Shown one piece after another: positions 12,701-27,700 of a stretch of DNA of 64,000 nucleotides. Every line of letters starts with the position of its first letter. The stretch's first letter is position 1. Source of the stretch: Antedon mediterranea (lineage: Eukaryota > Animalia > Echinodermata); assembly GCF_964355755.1 (NCBI RefSeq), contig NC_092675.1, positions 13,015,812-13,079,811 of the forward strand, written 5' to 3'. A program made the position numbers and the translations under genes. The notes beneath the pieces are model-generated. The model worked only from the letters and a program-made list of their open reading frames with translations. It made no database searches and was not told where the DNA came from.

Positions 12701-15700
12701 CCATTTTGAGCATTTAGACAAAACTTTTTCACACAAAACACCAAAGTGCTTAGAATAGCTTCAAATCGCATTTGGAGACGTTTTAGACCATTTTGTGCAT
12801 TTCGATGAAACTTGGTTACACAAAAACATCAAAGTGCTTAAAATGACATTATAAATCGTTTTAGACCATTTTGAGCATTTCGACAAAACTTTTTCACACA
12901 AAATACCAAAGGGCTTAGAATAGCTTCAAATCGCATTTGGAGACGTTTTAGACCATTTTGTGATTTTCGAAAAAACTTTTTAACATAAAAACACCAAAGT
13001 GCTTAGAATAGCTTCAAATCACATTTGGAGACGTTTTAGACCATTTTGTTATTTTCGAAAAAACTTGTTAACATAAAAACACGAAAGTGCTTAGAATAGC
13101 TTCAAATCGCATTTGGAAACGTTTTAGACCATTTTGTGATTTTCGAAAAAAATTGTTAACATAAAAACACCAAAGTGCTTAGAATCACATTATAAACCGT
13201 TTTAGACCATTTTGAGCATTTCGATAACAATTTTCACACAAAAACATCAAAGAGCACAAAATAGCTTAATATCGTATTTAAAAATGTTTTAGACCATTTT
13301 GAGCATTTAGATAAAATTTTTCACACAAAACACCAAAGTGCTTAGAATAGCTTCAAATCGCATTTGGAGACGGTTTAGACCATTTTGTGATTTTGAAAAA
13401 ACTTGTTAACATAAAAACACCAAAGTGCTTAGAATAGCTTCAAATCGCATTTGGAGACGTTTTAGACCATTTTGTGATTTTCGAAAAAACTTGTTAACAT
13501 AAAAACACCAAAGTGCTTAGAATAGCTTCAAATCGTATTTGGAGACGTTTTAGACCATTTTGAGATTTTCGAAAAAACTTGGTTACACAAAAACATCAAA
13601 GTGCTTAAAATCACATTATAAACCGTTTTAGACCATTTTGAGCATTTCGATAACACTTTTCACACAAAAACATCAAAGAGCACAAAATAGCTTAATATCG
13701 TATTTAAAAACGTTTTAGACCATTTTGAGCATTTCGACAAAACTTTTTCACACAAAACACCAAAGTGCTTAGAATAGCTTCAAATCGCATTTGGAGACGT
13801 TTTAGACCAATTTGTGCATTTCGATGAAACTTGATTACACAAAAACATCAAAGTGCTTAAAATCACATTATAAACCGTTTTAGACCATTTTGAGCATTTC
13901 GATAACACTTTTCACACAAAAACATCAAAGAGCACAAAATAGCTTAATATCGTATTTAAAAACGTTTTAGACCATTTTGAGCATTTAGACAAAACTTTTT
14001 CACACAAAACACCAAAGTGCTTAGAATAGCTTCAAATCGCATTTGGAGACGTTTTAGACCATTTTGTGCATTTCGATGAAACTTGGTTACACAAAAACAT
14101 CAAAGTGCTTAAAATCACATTATATATCGTTTTAGACCATTTTGAGCATTTCGACAAAACTTTTTCACACAAAATACCAAAGTGCTTAGAATAGCTTCAA
14201 ATCGCATTTGGAGACGTTTTAGACCATTTTGTGATTTTCGAAAAAACTTTTTAACATAAAAACACCAAAGTGCTTAGAATAGCTTCAAATCACATTTGGA
14301 GACATTTTAGACCATTTTGTGATTTTCGAAAAATCTTGTTAACATAAAAACACGAAAGTGCTTAGAATAGCTTCAAATCGCATTTGGAAACGTTTTAGAC
14401 CATTTTGTGATTTTCGAAAAAACTTGTTAACATAAAAACACGAAAGTGCTTAGAATCACATTATAAACCGTTTTAGACCATTTTGAGCATTTCGATAACA
14501 ATTTTCACACAAAAACATCAAAGAGCACAAAATAGCTTAATATCGTATTTAAAAATGTTTTAGACCATTTTGAGCATTTAGATAAAACTTTTTCACACAA
14601 AACACCAAAGTGCTTAGAATAGCTTCAAATCGCATTTGGAGACGTTTTAGACCATTATGTGATTTTCGAAAAAACTTGTTAACATAAAAACACGAAAGTG
14701 CTTAGAATAGCTTCAAATCGCATTTGGAAACGTTTTAGACCATTTTGTGATTTTCGAAAAAAATTGTTAACATAAAAACACCAAAGTGTTTAGAATAGCT
14801 TCAAATCGCATTTGGAGACGTTTTAGACCAATTTGTGATTTTCGAAAAAACTTATCAACATAAAAACACCAAAGGGTTTAGAATAGCTTCAAATCGCATT
14901 TGGAGACGTTTTAGACCATTTTGTGATTTTGAAAAAACTTGTTAACATAAAAACACCAAAGTGCTTAGAATAGCTTCAAATCGCATTTGGAGACGTTTTA
15001 GACCATTTTGTGATTTTCGAAAAAACTTGTTAACATAAAAACACCAAAGTGCTTAGAATAGCTTCAAATGAGATTTTCGAAAAAACTTGGTTACACAAAA
15101 ACATCAAAGTGCTTAAAATCACATTATAAACCGTTTTAGACCATTTTGAGCATTTCGGTAACACTTTTCACACAAAAACATCAAAGAGCACAAAATAGCT
15201 TAATATCGTATTTAAAAACGTTTTAGACCATTTTGAGCATTTAGACAAAACTTTTTCACACAAAACACCAAAGTGCTTAGAATAGCTTCAAATCGCATTT
15301 GGAGACGTTTTAGACCATTTTGTGCATTTCGATGAAACTTGGTTACACAAAAACATCAAAGTGCTTAAAATCACATTATAAATCGTTTTAGACCATTTTG
15401 AGCATTTCGACAAAACTTTTTCACACAAAATACCAAAGTGCTTAGAATAGCTTCAAATCGCATTTGGAGACGTTTTAGACCATTTTGTGATTTTCGAAAA
15501 AACTTTTTAACATAAAAACACCAAAGTGCTTAGAATAGCTTCAAATCACATTTGGAGACGTTTTAGACCATAAGTGCTTAGAATCACATTATAAACCGTT
15601 TTAGACCATTTTGAGCATTTCGATAACAATTTTCACACAAAAACATCAAAGAGCACAAAATAGCTTAATATCGTATTTAAAAATGTTTTAGACCATTTTG

Positions 15701-18700
15701 AGCATTTAGATAAAACTTTTTCACACAAAACACCAAAGTGCTTAGAATAGCTTCAAATCGCATTTGGAGACGTTTTAGACCATTTTGTGATTTTTGAAAA
15801 AACTTGTTAACATAAAAACACCAAAGTGCTTAGAATAGCTTCAAATCACATTTGGAGACGTTTTAGACCATTTTGTGATTTTCGAAAAAACTTGTTAACA
15901 TAAAAACACGAAAGTGCTTAGAATAGCTTCAAATCGCATTTGGAAACGTTTTAGACCATTTAGTGATTTTCGAAAAAACTTGTTAACATAAAAACACGAA
16001 AGTGCTTAGAATAGCTTCAAATCGCATTTGGAAACGTTTTAGACCATTTTGTGATTTTCGAAAAAAATTGTTAACATAAAAACACCAAAGTGTTTAGAAT
16101 AGCTTCAAATCACATTTGGAGACGTTTTAGACCAATTTGTGATTTTCGAAAAAACTTATCAACATAAAAACACCAAAGGGTTTAGAATAGCTTCAAATCG
16201 CATTTGGAGACGTTTTAGACCATTTTGTGATTTTCGAAAAAACTTGTTAACATAAAAACACGAAAGTGCTTAGAATAGCTTCAAATCGCATTTGGAAACG
16301 TTTTAGACCATTTTGTGATTTTCGAAAAAACTTGTTAACATAAAAACATGAAAGTGCTTAGAATAGCTTCAAATCGTATTTGGAAACGTTTTAGACCATT
16401 TTGTGATTTTCGAAAAAACTTGTTAACATAAAAACACCAATGTGCTTAGAATAGCTTCAAATCGCATTTTGAGACGTTTTAGACCATTTTGTGCATTTCG
16501 ATGAAACTTGGTTACACAAAAACATCAAAGTGCTTAAAATCACATTATAAACCATTTTAGACCATTTTGAGCATTTCGATAACACTTTTCACACAAAAAC
16601 ATCAAAGAGCACAAAATAGCTTAATATCGTATTTAAAAACGTTTTAGACCATTTTGAGCATTTCGACAAAACTTTTTCACACAAAACACCAAAGTGCTTA
16701 GAATAGCTTCAAATCGCATTTGGAGACGTTTTAGACCATTTTGTGATTTTCGAAAAAACTTGTTAACATAAAAACATCAAAGTGTACAGAATAACTTCAA
16801 ATCGCATTTGGAGACCGTTTTAGGCCAATTTGTGATTTTCGAAAAAACATGTTAACCTAAAAATACCAAAGTGTTTAGAATAGCTTCAAATCGCATTTGG
16901 AGACGTTTTAGACCATTTTGTGATTTTCGAAAAAACTTGTTAACATAAAAACACCAAAGTGCTTCAAATCGCATTTGGAGACATTTTAGACCAATTTGTG
17001 ATTTTTGAAAAAACTTGTTAACATAAAAACACCAAAGTGCTTACAATAGCTTCAAATCGTATTTGGAGACGTTTTAGACCATTTTGTGATTTTCGAAAAA
17101 ACTTGTTAACATAAAAACACCAAAGTACTTAGAATAGCTTCAAATCGCATTTGGAGACGTTTTAGACCATTTCATGCATTTCGATGAAACTTGGTTACAC
17201 AAAAACATCAATGTGCTTAAATTCACATTATAATCCGTTTTAGACCATTTTGAGCATTTCGATAACACTTTTCACACAAAAACATCAAAGAGCACAAAAT
17301 AGCTTAATATCGTATTTAAAAACGTTTTAGACCATTTTGAGCATTTAGACAAAACTTTTTCACACAAAACACCAAAGTGTTTAGAATAGCTTCAAATCGC
17401 ATTTGGAGACGTTTTAGACCATTTTGTGATTTTCGAAAAAACTTGTTAACATAAAAACACCAAAGTGCTTCAAATCGCATTTGAGACATTTTAGACCAAT
17501 TTGTGATTTTTGAAAAAACTTGTTAACATAAAAACACCAAAGTGCTTACAATAGCTTCAAATCGTATTTGGAGACGTTTTAGACCATTTTGTGATTTTCG
17601 AAAAAACTTGTTAACATAAAAACACCAGAGTACTTAGTATAGCTTCAAATCGCATTTGGAGACGTTTTAGACCATTTTATGCATTTCGATGAAACTTGGT
17701 TACACAAAAACATCAAAGTGCTTAAAATCACATTATAATCCGTTTTAGACCATTTTGAGCATTTCGATAACACTTTTCACACAAAAACATCAAAGAGCAC
17801 AAAATAGCTTAATATCGTATTTAAAAACTTTTTAGACCATTTTGAGCATTTCGACAAAACTTTTTCACACAAAACACCAAAGTGCTTAGAATAGCTTCAA
17901 ATCGCATTTGGAGACGTTTTAGACCATTTTGTGATTTTCGAAAAAAATTGTTAACATAAAAACATCAAAGTGTACAGAATAGCTTCAAATCGCATTTGGA
18001 GACCGTTTTAGGCCAATTTGTGATTTTCGAAAAAACTTGTTAACCTAAAAATACCAAAGTGTTTAGAATAGCTTCAAATCGCATTTGGAGACGTTTTAGA
18101 CCATTTTGTGATTTTCGAAAAAACTTGTTAACATAAAAACACCAAAGTGCTTAGAATAGCTTCAAATCGCATTTGGAGACATTTTAGACCAATTTGTGAT
18201 TTTCGAAAAAACTTATCAACATAAAAACACCAAAGGGTTTAGAATATCTTCAAATCGCATTTGGAGACGTTTTAGACCATTTTGTGATTTTCGAAAAAAC
18301 TTGTTAACATAAAAACACCAAAGTGCTTAGAATAGCTTCAAATCGCATTTGGAGACGTTTTAGACCAATTTGTGATTTTCGAAAAAACTTATCAACATAA
18401 AAACACCAAAGGGTTTAGAATAGCTTCATTTGGAGACGTTTTAGACCATTTTGTGATTTTGAAAAAACTTGTTAACATAAAAACACCAAAGTGCTTAGAA
18501 TAGCTTCAAATCGCATTTGGAGACGTTTTAGACCATTTTGTGATTTTCGAAAAAACTTGTTAACATAAAAACACCAAAGTGCTTAGAATAGCTTCAAATC
18601 GTATTTGGAGACGTTTTAGACCATTTTGAGATTTTCGAAAAAACTTGGTTACACAAAAACATCAAAGTGCTTAAAATCACATTATAAACCGTTTTAGACC

Positions 18701-21700
18701 ATTTTGAGCATTTCGATAACACTTTTCACACAAAAACATCAAAGAGCACAAAATAGCTTAATATCGTATTTAAAAACGTTTTAGACCATTTTGAGCATTT
18801 CGACAAAACTTTTTCACACAAAACACCAAAGTGCTTAGAATAGCTTCAAATCGCATTTGGAGACGTTTTAGACCAATTTGTGATTTTTGAAAAAACTTGT
18901 TAACATAAAAACACCAAAATGCTTAGAATAGCTTCAAATCACATTTGGAGACGTTTTAGACCATTTTGTGATTTTCGAAAAAACTTGTTAACATAAAAAC
19001 ACGAAAGTGCATAGAATAGCTTCAAATCGCCTTTGGAAACGTTTTAGACCATTTTGTGATTTTCGAAAAAACTTTTTAACATAAAAACACGAAAGTGCTT
19101 AGAATCACATTATAAACAGTTTTAGACCATTTTGAGCATTTCGATAACAATTTTCACACAAAAACATCAAAGAGCACAAAATAGCTTAATATCGTATTTA
19201 AAAATGTTTTAGACCATTTTGAGCATTTAGATAAAACTTTTTCACACAAAACACCAAAGTGCTTAGAATAGCTTCAAATCGCATTTGGAGACGTTTTAGA
19301 CCATTTTGTGATTTTTGAAAAAACTTGTTAACATAAAAACACCAAAGTGCTTAGAATAGCTTCAAATCACATTTGGAGATGTTTTAGACCATTTTGTGAT
19401 TTTTGAAAAAACTTGTTAACATAAAAACACGAAAGTGCTTAGAATAGCTTCAAATCGCATTTGGAAACGTTTTAGACCATTTTGTGATTTTTGAAAAAGA
19501 TTGTTAACATAAAAACACCAATGTGCTTAGAATCACATTATAAACCGTTTTAGACCATTTTGAGCATTTCGATAACAATTTTCACACAAAAACATCAAAG
19601 AGCACAAAATAGCTTAATATCGTATTTATAAATGTTTTAGACCATTTTGAGCATTTCGACAAAACTTTTTCACACAAAACACCAAAGTGCTTAGAATAGT
19701 TTCAAATCGCATTTGGAGACGTTTTTTATACCATTTTGTGATTTCGATGAAACTTGATTACACAAAAACATCAAAGTGCTTAAAATCACATTATAAACCG
19801 TTTTAGACCATTTTGAGCATTTCGATAACACTTTTCACACAAAAACATCAAAGAGCACAAAATAGCTTAATATCGTATTTAAAAACGTTTTAGACCATTT
19901 TGAGCATTTAGACAAAACTTTTTCACACAAAACACCAAAGTGCTTAGAATAGCTTCAAATCGCATTTGGAGACGTTTTAGAACATTTTGTGTTTTTTGAA
20001 AAAAACTGTTAACATAAAAACACCAAAGTGCTTAGAATAGCTTCAAATCGCATTTGGAGACGTTTTAGAACATTTTGTGTTCTTCGAAAAAACCTGTTAA
20101 CATAAAAACACCAAAGTGCTTAGAATAGCTTCAAATCGCATTTGGAGACGTTTTAGACCATTCTGTGATTTTTGAAAAAACTTGTTAACATAAAAACACC
20201 AAAGTGCTTAGAATAGCTTCAAATCACATTTGGAGACGTTTTAGACCATTTTGTGATTTTCGAAAAAACTTGTTAACATAAAAACACGAAAGTGCTTAGA
20301 ATAGCTTCAAATCGCATTTGGAGACGTTTTAGAACATTTTGTGTTCTTCGAAAAAACCTGTTAACATAAAAACTCCAAAGTGCTTAGAATAGCTTCAAAT
20401 CGCATTTGGAGACGTTTTAGACCATTTTGTGATTTTCGAAAAAACTTGTTAACATAAAAACACGAAAGTGCTTAGAATAGCTTCAAATCGCATTTGGAAA
20501 CGTTTTAGACCATTTTGTGATTTTCGAAAAAACTTGTTAACATAAAAACACGAAAGTGCTTAGAATAGCTTCAAATCGCATTTGGAAACGTTTTAGACCA
20601 TTTTGTGATTTTCGAAAAAAATTGTTAACATAAAAACACCAAAGTGTTTAGAATAGCTTCAAATCGCATTTGGAGACGTTTTAGACCAATTTGTGATTTT
20701 CGAAAAAACTTATCAACATAAAAACACCAAAGGGTTTAGAATAGCTTCAAATCGCATTTGGAGACGTTTTAGACCATTTTGTGATTTTCGAAAAAACTTG
20801 TTAACATAAAAACACGAAAGTGCTTAGAATAGCTTCAAATCGCATTTGGAAACGTTTTAGACCATTTTGTGATTTTCGAAAAAACTTGTTAACATAAAAA
20901 CATGAAAGTGCTTAGAATAGCTTCAAATCGTATTTGGAGACGTTTTAGACCATTTTGTGATTTTCGAAAAAACTTGTTAACATAAAAACACCAATGTGCT
21001 TAGAATAGCTTCAAATCGCATTTTGAGACGTTTTAGACCATTTTGTGCATTTCGATGAAACTTGGTTACACAAAAACATCAAAGTGCTTAAAATCACATT
21101 ATAAACCATTTTAGACCATTTTGAGCATTTCGATAACACTTTTCACACAAAAACATCAAAGAGCACAAAATAGCTTAATATCGTATTTAAAAATGTTTTA
21201 GACCATTTTGAGCATTTAGATAAAACTTTTTCACACAAAACACCAAAGTGCTTAGAATAGCTTCAAATCGCATTTGGAGACGGTTTAGACCATTTTGTGA
21301 TTTTGAAAAAACTTGTTAACATAAAAACACCAAAGTGCTTAGAATAGCTTCAAATCGCATTTGGAGACGTTTTAGACCATTTTGTGATTTTCGAAAAAAC
21401 TTGTTAACATAAAAACACCAAAGTGCTTAGAATAGCTTCAAATCGTATTTGGAGACGTTTTAGACCATTTTGAGATTTTCGAAAAAACTTGGTTACACAA
21501 AAACATCAAAGTGCTTAAAATCACATTATAAACCGTTTTAGACCATTTTGAACATTTCGATAACACTTTTCACACAAAAACATCAAAGAGCACAAAATAG
21601 CTTAATATCGTATTTAAAAACGTTTTAGACCATTTTGAGCATTTCGACAAAACTTTTTCACACAAAACACCAAAGTGCTTAGAATAGCTTCAAATCGCAT

Positions 21701-24700
21701 TTGGAGACGTTTTAGACCAATTTGTGATTTTCGAAAAAACTTTTTAACATAAAAACACCAAAGTGCTTAGAATAGCTTCAAATCACATTTGGAGACGTTT
21801 TAGACCATTTTGTGATTTTCGAAAAAACTTGTTAACATAAAAACACGAAAGTGCTTAGAATAGCTTCAAATCGCATTTGGAAACGTTTTAGACCATTTTG
21901 TGATTTTCGAAAAAAATTGTTAACATAAAAACACCAAAGTGCTTAGAATCACATTATAAACCGTTTTAGACCATTTTGAGCATTTCGATAACAATTTTCA
22001 CAAAAAAACATCAAAGAGCACAAAATAGCTTAATATCGTATTTAAAAATGTTTTAGACCATTTTGAGCATTTAGATAAAACTTTTTCACACAAAACACCA
22101 AAGTGCTTAGAATAGCTTCAAATCGCATTTGGAGACGTTTTAGACCATTTTGTGATTTTTGAAAAAACTTGTTAACATAAAAACACCAAAGTGCTTAGAA
22201 TAGCTTCAAATCACATTTGGAGACGTTTTAGACCATTTTGTGATTTTCGAAAAAACTTGTTAACATAAAAACACGAAAGTGCTTAGAATAGCTTCAAATC
22301 GCATTTGGAAACGTTTTAGACCATTTAGTGATTTTCGAAAAAACTTGTTAACATAAAAACACGAAAGTGCTTAGAATAGCTTCAAATTGCATTTGGAAAC
22401 GTTTTAGACCATTTTGTGATTTTCGAAAAAAATTGTTAACATAAAAACACCAATGTGCTTAGAATCACATTATAAACCGTTTTAGACCATTTTGAGCATT
22501 TCGATAACAATTTTCACACAAAAACATCAAAGAGCACAAAATAACTTAATATCGTATTTATAAATGTTTTAGACCATTTTGAGCATTTCGACAAAACTTT
22601 TTCACACAAAACACCAAAGTGCTTAGAATAGCTTCAAATCGCATTTGGAGACGTTTTAGACCATTTTGTGATTTCGATGAAACTTGATTACACAAAAACA
22701 TCAAAGTGCTTAAAATCACATTATAAACCGTTTTAGACCATTTTGAGCATTTCGATAACACTTTTCACACAAAAACATCAAAGAGCACAAAATAGCTTAA
22801 TATCGTATTTAAAAACGTTTTAGACCATTTTGAGACTTTAGACAAAACTTTTTCACACAAAACACCAAAGTGCTTAGAATAGCTTCAAATCGCATTTGGA
22901 GACGTTTTAGAACATTTTGTGTTTTTCGAAAAAAACTGTTAACATAAAAACACCAAAGTGCTTAGAATAGCTTCAAATCGCATTTGGAGACGTTTTAGAA
23001 CATTTTGTGTTCTTCGAAAAAACCTGTTAACATAAAAACACCAAAGTGCTTAGAATAGCTTCAAATCGCATTTGGAGACGTTTTAGACCATTTTGTGATT
23101 TTTGAAAAAACTTGTTAACATAAAAACACCAAAGTGCTTAGAATAGCTTCAAATCACATTTGGAGACGTTTTAGACCATTTTGTGATTTTCGAAAAAACT
23201 TGTTAACATAAAAACACGAAAGTGCTTAGAATAGCTTCAAATCGCATTTGGAAACGTTTTAGACCATTTTGTGATTTTCGAAAAAGATTGTTAACATAAA
23301 AACACCAAAGTGCTTAGAATCACAATATAAACCGTTTTAGACCATTTTGAGCATTTCGATAACAATTTTCACACAAAAACATCAAAGAGCACAAAATAGC
23401 TTAATATCGTATTTAAAAATGTTTTAGACCATTTTGAGCATTTAGATAAAATTTTTCACACAAAACACCAAAGTGCTTAGAATAGCTTTAAATCGCATTT
23501 GGAGACGGTTTAGACCATTTTGTGATTTTGAAAAAACTTGTTAACATAAAAACACCAAAGTGCTTAGAATAGCTTCAAATCGTATTTGGAGACGTTTTAG
23601 ACCATTTTGAGATTTTCGAAAAAACTTGGTTACACAAAAACATCAAAGTGCTTAAAATCACATTATAAACCGTTTTAGACCATTTTGAACATTTCGATAA
23701 CACTTTTCACACAAAAACATCAAAGAGCACAAAATAGCTTAATATCGTATTTAAAAACGTTTTAGACCATTTTGAGCATTTCGACAAAACTTTTTCACAC
23801 AAAACACCAAAGTGCTTAGAATAGCTTCAAATCGCATTTGGAGACGTTTTAGACCAATTTGTGCATTTCGATGAAACTTGATTACACAAAAACATCAACG
23901 TGCTTAAAATCACATTATAAACCGTTTTAGACCATTTTGAGCATTTCGATAACACTTTTCACACAAAAACATCAAAGAGCACAAAATAGCTTAATATCGT
24001 ATTTAAAAACGTTTTAGACCATTTTGAGCATTTAGACAAAACTTTTTCACACAAAACACCAAAGTGCTTAGAATAGCTTCAAATCGCATTTGGAGACGTT
24101 TTAGACCATTTTGTGCATTTCGATGAAACTTGGTTACACAAAAACATCAAAGTGCTTAAAATCACATTATAAATCTTTTTAGACCATTTTGAGCATTTCG
24201 ACAAAACTTTTTCACACAAAATACCAAAGGGCTTAGAATAGCTTCAAATCGCATTTGGAGACGTTTTAGACCATTTTGTGATTTTCGAAAAAACTTTTTA
24301 ACATAAAAAGACCAAAGTGCTTAGAATAGCTTCAAATCACATTTGGAGACGTTTTAGACCATTTTGTGATTTTCGAAAAAACTTGTTAACATAAAAACAC
24401 GAAAGTGCTTAGAATAGCTTCAAATCGCATTTGGAAACGTTTTAGACCATTTTGTGATTTTCGAAAAATATTGTTAACATAAAAACACCAAAGTGCTTAG
24501 AATCACATTATAAACCGTTTTAGACCATTTTGAGCATTTCGATAACAATTTTCACACAAAAACATCAAAGAGCACAAAATAGCTTAATATCGTATTTAAA
24601 AATGTTTTAGACCATTTTGAGCATTTAGATAAAACTTTTTCACACAAAACACCAAAGTGCTTAGAATAGCTTCAAATCGCATTTGGAAACGTTTTAGACC

Positions 24701-27700
24701 ATTTTGTGATTTTCGAAAAAAATTGTTAACATAAAAACACCAAAGTGTTTAGAATAGCTTCAAATCGCATTTGGAGACGTTTTAGACCAATTTGTGATTT
24801 TCGAAAAAACTTATCAACATAAAAACACCAAAGGGTTTAGAATAGCTTCAAATCGCATTTGGAGACGTTTTAGACCATTTTGTGATTTTCGAAAAAACTT
24901 GTTAACATAAAAACACGAAAGTGCTTAGAATAGCTTCAAATCGCATTTGGAAACGTTTTAGACCATTTTGTGATTTTCGAAAAAACTTGTTAACATAAAA
25001 ACATGAAAGTGCTTAGAATAGCTTCAAATCGTATTTGGAGACGTTTTAGACCATTTTGTGATTTTCGAAAAAACTTGTTAACATAAAAACACCAATGTGC
25101 TTAGAATAGCTTCAAATCGCATTTTGAGACGTTTTAGACCATTTTGTGCATTTCGATGAAACTTGGTTACACAAAAACATCAAAGTGCTTAAAATCACAT
25201 TATAAACCATTTTAGACCATTTTGAGCATTTCGATAACACTTTTCACACAAAAACATCAAAGAGCACAAAATAGCTTAATATCGTATTTAAAAACGTTTT
25301 AGACCATTTTGAGCATTTCGACAAAACTTTTTCACACAAAACACCAAAGTGCTTAGAATAGCTTCAAATCGCATTTGGAGACGTTTTAGACCATTTTGTG
25401 ATTTTCGAAAAAACTTGTTAACATAAAAACATCAAAGTGTACAGAATAACTTCAAATCGCATTTGGAGACCGTTTTAGGCCAATTTGTGATTTTCGAAAA
25501 AACTTGTTAACCTAAAAATACCAAAGTGTTTAGAATAGCTTCAAATCGCATTTGGAGACGTTTTAGAACATTTTGTGATTTTCGAAAAAACTTGTTAACA
25601 TAAAAACACCAAAGTGCTTCAAATCGCATTTGGAGACATTTTAGACCAATTTGTGATTTTTTAAAAAACTTGTTAACATAAAAACACCAAAGTGCTTACA
25701 ATAGCTTCAAATCGTATTTGGAGACGTTTTAGACCATTTTGTGATTTTCGAAAAAACTTGTTAACATAAAAACACCAAAGTACTTAGAATAGCTTCAAAT
25801 CGCATTTGGAGACGTTTTAGACCATTTTATGCATTTCGATGAAACTTGGTTACACAAAAACATCAAAGTGCTTAAAATCACATTATAATCCGTTTTAGAC
25901 CATTTTGAGCATTTCGATAACACTTTTCACACAAAAACATCAAAGAGCACAAAATAGCTTAATATCGTATTTAAAAACTTTTTAGACCATTTTGAGCATT
26001 TCGACAAAACTTTTTCACACAAAACACCAAAGTGCTTAGAATAGCTTCAAATCGCATTTGGAGACGTTTTAGACCATTTTGTGATTTTCGAAAAAAATTG
26101 TTAACATAAAAACACCAAAGTGCTTAGAATAGCTTCAAATCGTATTTGGAGACGTTTTAGACCATTTTGAGATTTTCGAAAAAACTTGGTTACACAAAAA
26201 CATCAAAGTGCTTAAAATCACATTATAAACCGTTTTAGACCATTTTGAACATTTCGATAACACTTTTCACACAAAAACATCAAAGAGCACAAAATAGCTT
26301 AATATCGTATTTAAAAACGTTTTAGACCATTTTGAGCATTTCGACAAAACTTTTTCACACAAAACACCAAAGTGCTTAGAATAGCTTCAAATCGCATTTG
26401 GAGACGTTTTAGACCAATTTGTGCATTTCGATGAAACTTGATTACACAAAAACATCAACGTGCTTAAAATCACATTATAAACCGTTTTAGACCATTTTGA
26501 GCATTTCGATAACACTTTTCACACAAAAACATCAAAGAGCACAAAATAGCTTAATATCGTATTTAAAAACGTTTTAGACCATTTTGAGCATTTAGACAAA
26601 ACTTTTTCACACAAAACACCAAAGTGCTTAGAATAGCTTCAAATCGCATTTGGAGACGTTTTAGACCATTTTGTGCATTTCGATGAAACTTGGTTACACA
26701 AAAACATCAAAGTGCTTAAAATCACATTATAAATCGTTTTAGACCATTTTGAGCATTTCGACAAAACTTTTTCACACCAAATACCAAAGGACTTAGAATA
26801 GCTTCAAATCGCATTTGGAGACGTTTTAGACCATTTTGTGATTTTCGAAAAAACTTTTTAACATAAAAACACCAAAGTGCTTAGAATAGCTTCAAATCAC
26901 ATTTGGAGACGTTTTAGACCATAAGTGCTTAGAATCACATTATAAACCGTTTTAGACCATTTTGAGCATTTCGATAACAATTTTCACACAAAAACATCAA
27001 AGAGCACAAAATAGCTTAATATCGTATTTAAAAATGTTTTAGACCATTTTGAGCATTTAGATAAAACTTTTTCACACAAAACACCAAAGTGCTTAGAATA
27101 GCTTCAAATCGCATTTGGAGACGTTTTAGACCATTTTGTGATTTTTGAAAAAACTTGTTAACATAAAAATACCAAAGTGCTTAGAATAGCTTCAAATCAC
27201 ATTTGGAGATGTTTTAGACCATTTTGTGATTTTTGAAAAAACTTGTTAACATAAAAACACCAAAGTGCTTAGAATAGCTTCAAATCACATTTGGAGACGT
27301 TTTAGACCATTTTGTGATTTTCGAAAAAACTTGTTAACATAAAAACACGAAAGTGCTTAGAATAGCTTCAAATCGCATTTGGAAACGTTTTAGACCATTT
27401 TGTGATTTTCAAAAAAGATTGTTAACATAAAAACACCAAAGTGCTTAGAATCACAATATAAACCGTTTTAGACCATTTTGAGCATTTCGATAACAATTTT
27501 CACACAAAAACATCAAAGAGCACAAAATAGCTTAATATCGTATTTAAAAATGTTTTAGACCATTTTGAGCATTTAGATAAAACTTTTTCACACAAAACAC
27601 CAAAGTGCTTAGAATAGCTTCAAATCGCATTTGGAGACGGTTTAGACCATTTTGTGATTTTGAAAAAACTTGTTAACATAAAAACACCAAAGTGCTTAGA

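Noticed and set aside
15061-15080. Single ~28-bp deletion in one monomer (CAAAT|GAGATTTTCG)
   Set aside because: Seen only once. It is an ordinary private deletion or sequencing error, with no sign of an excision footprint.
22558-22761. 67-68 aa minus-strand ORFs in the satellite (also 31344, 34821, 49557, 52254, 56283, 62494)
   Set aside because: Chance stop-free frames across 2-3 monomers. They recur only because the DNA is repeated, and they start at non-ATG codons or lack any gene context.
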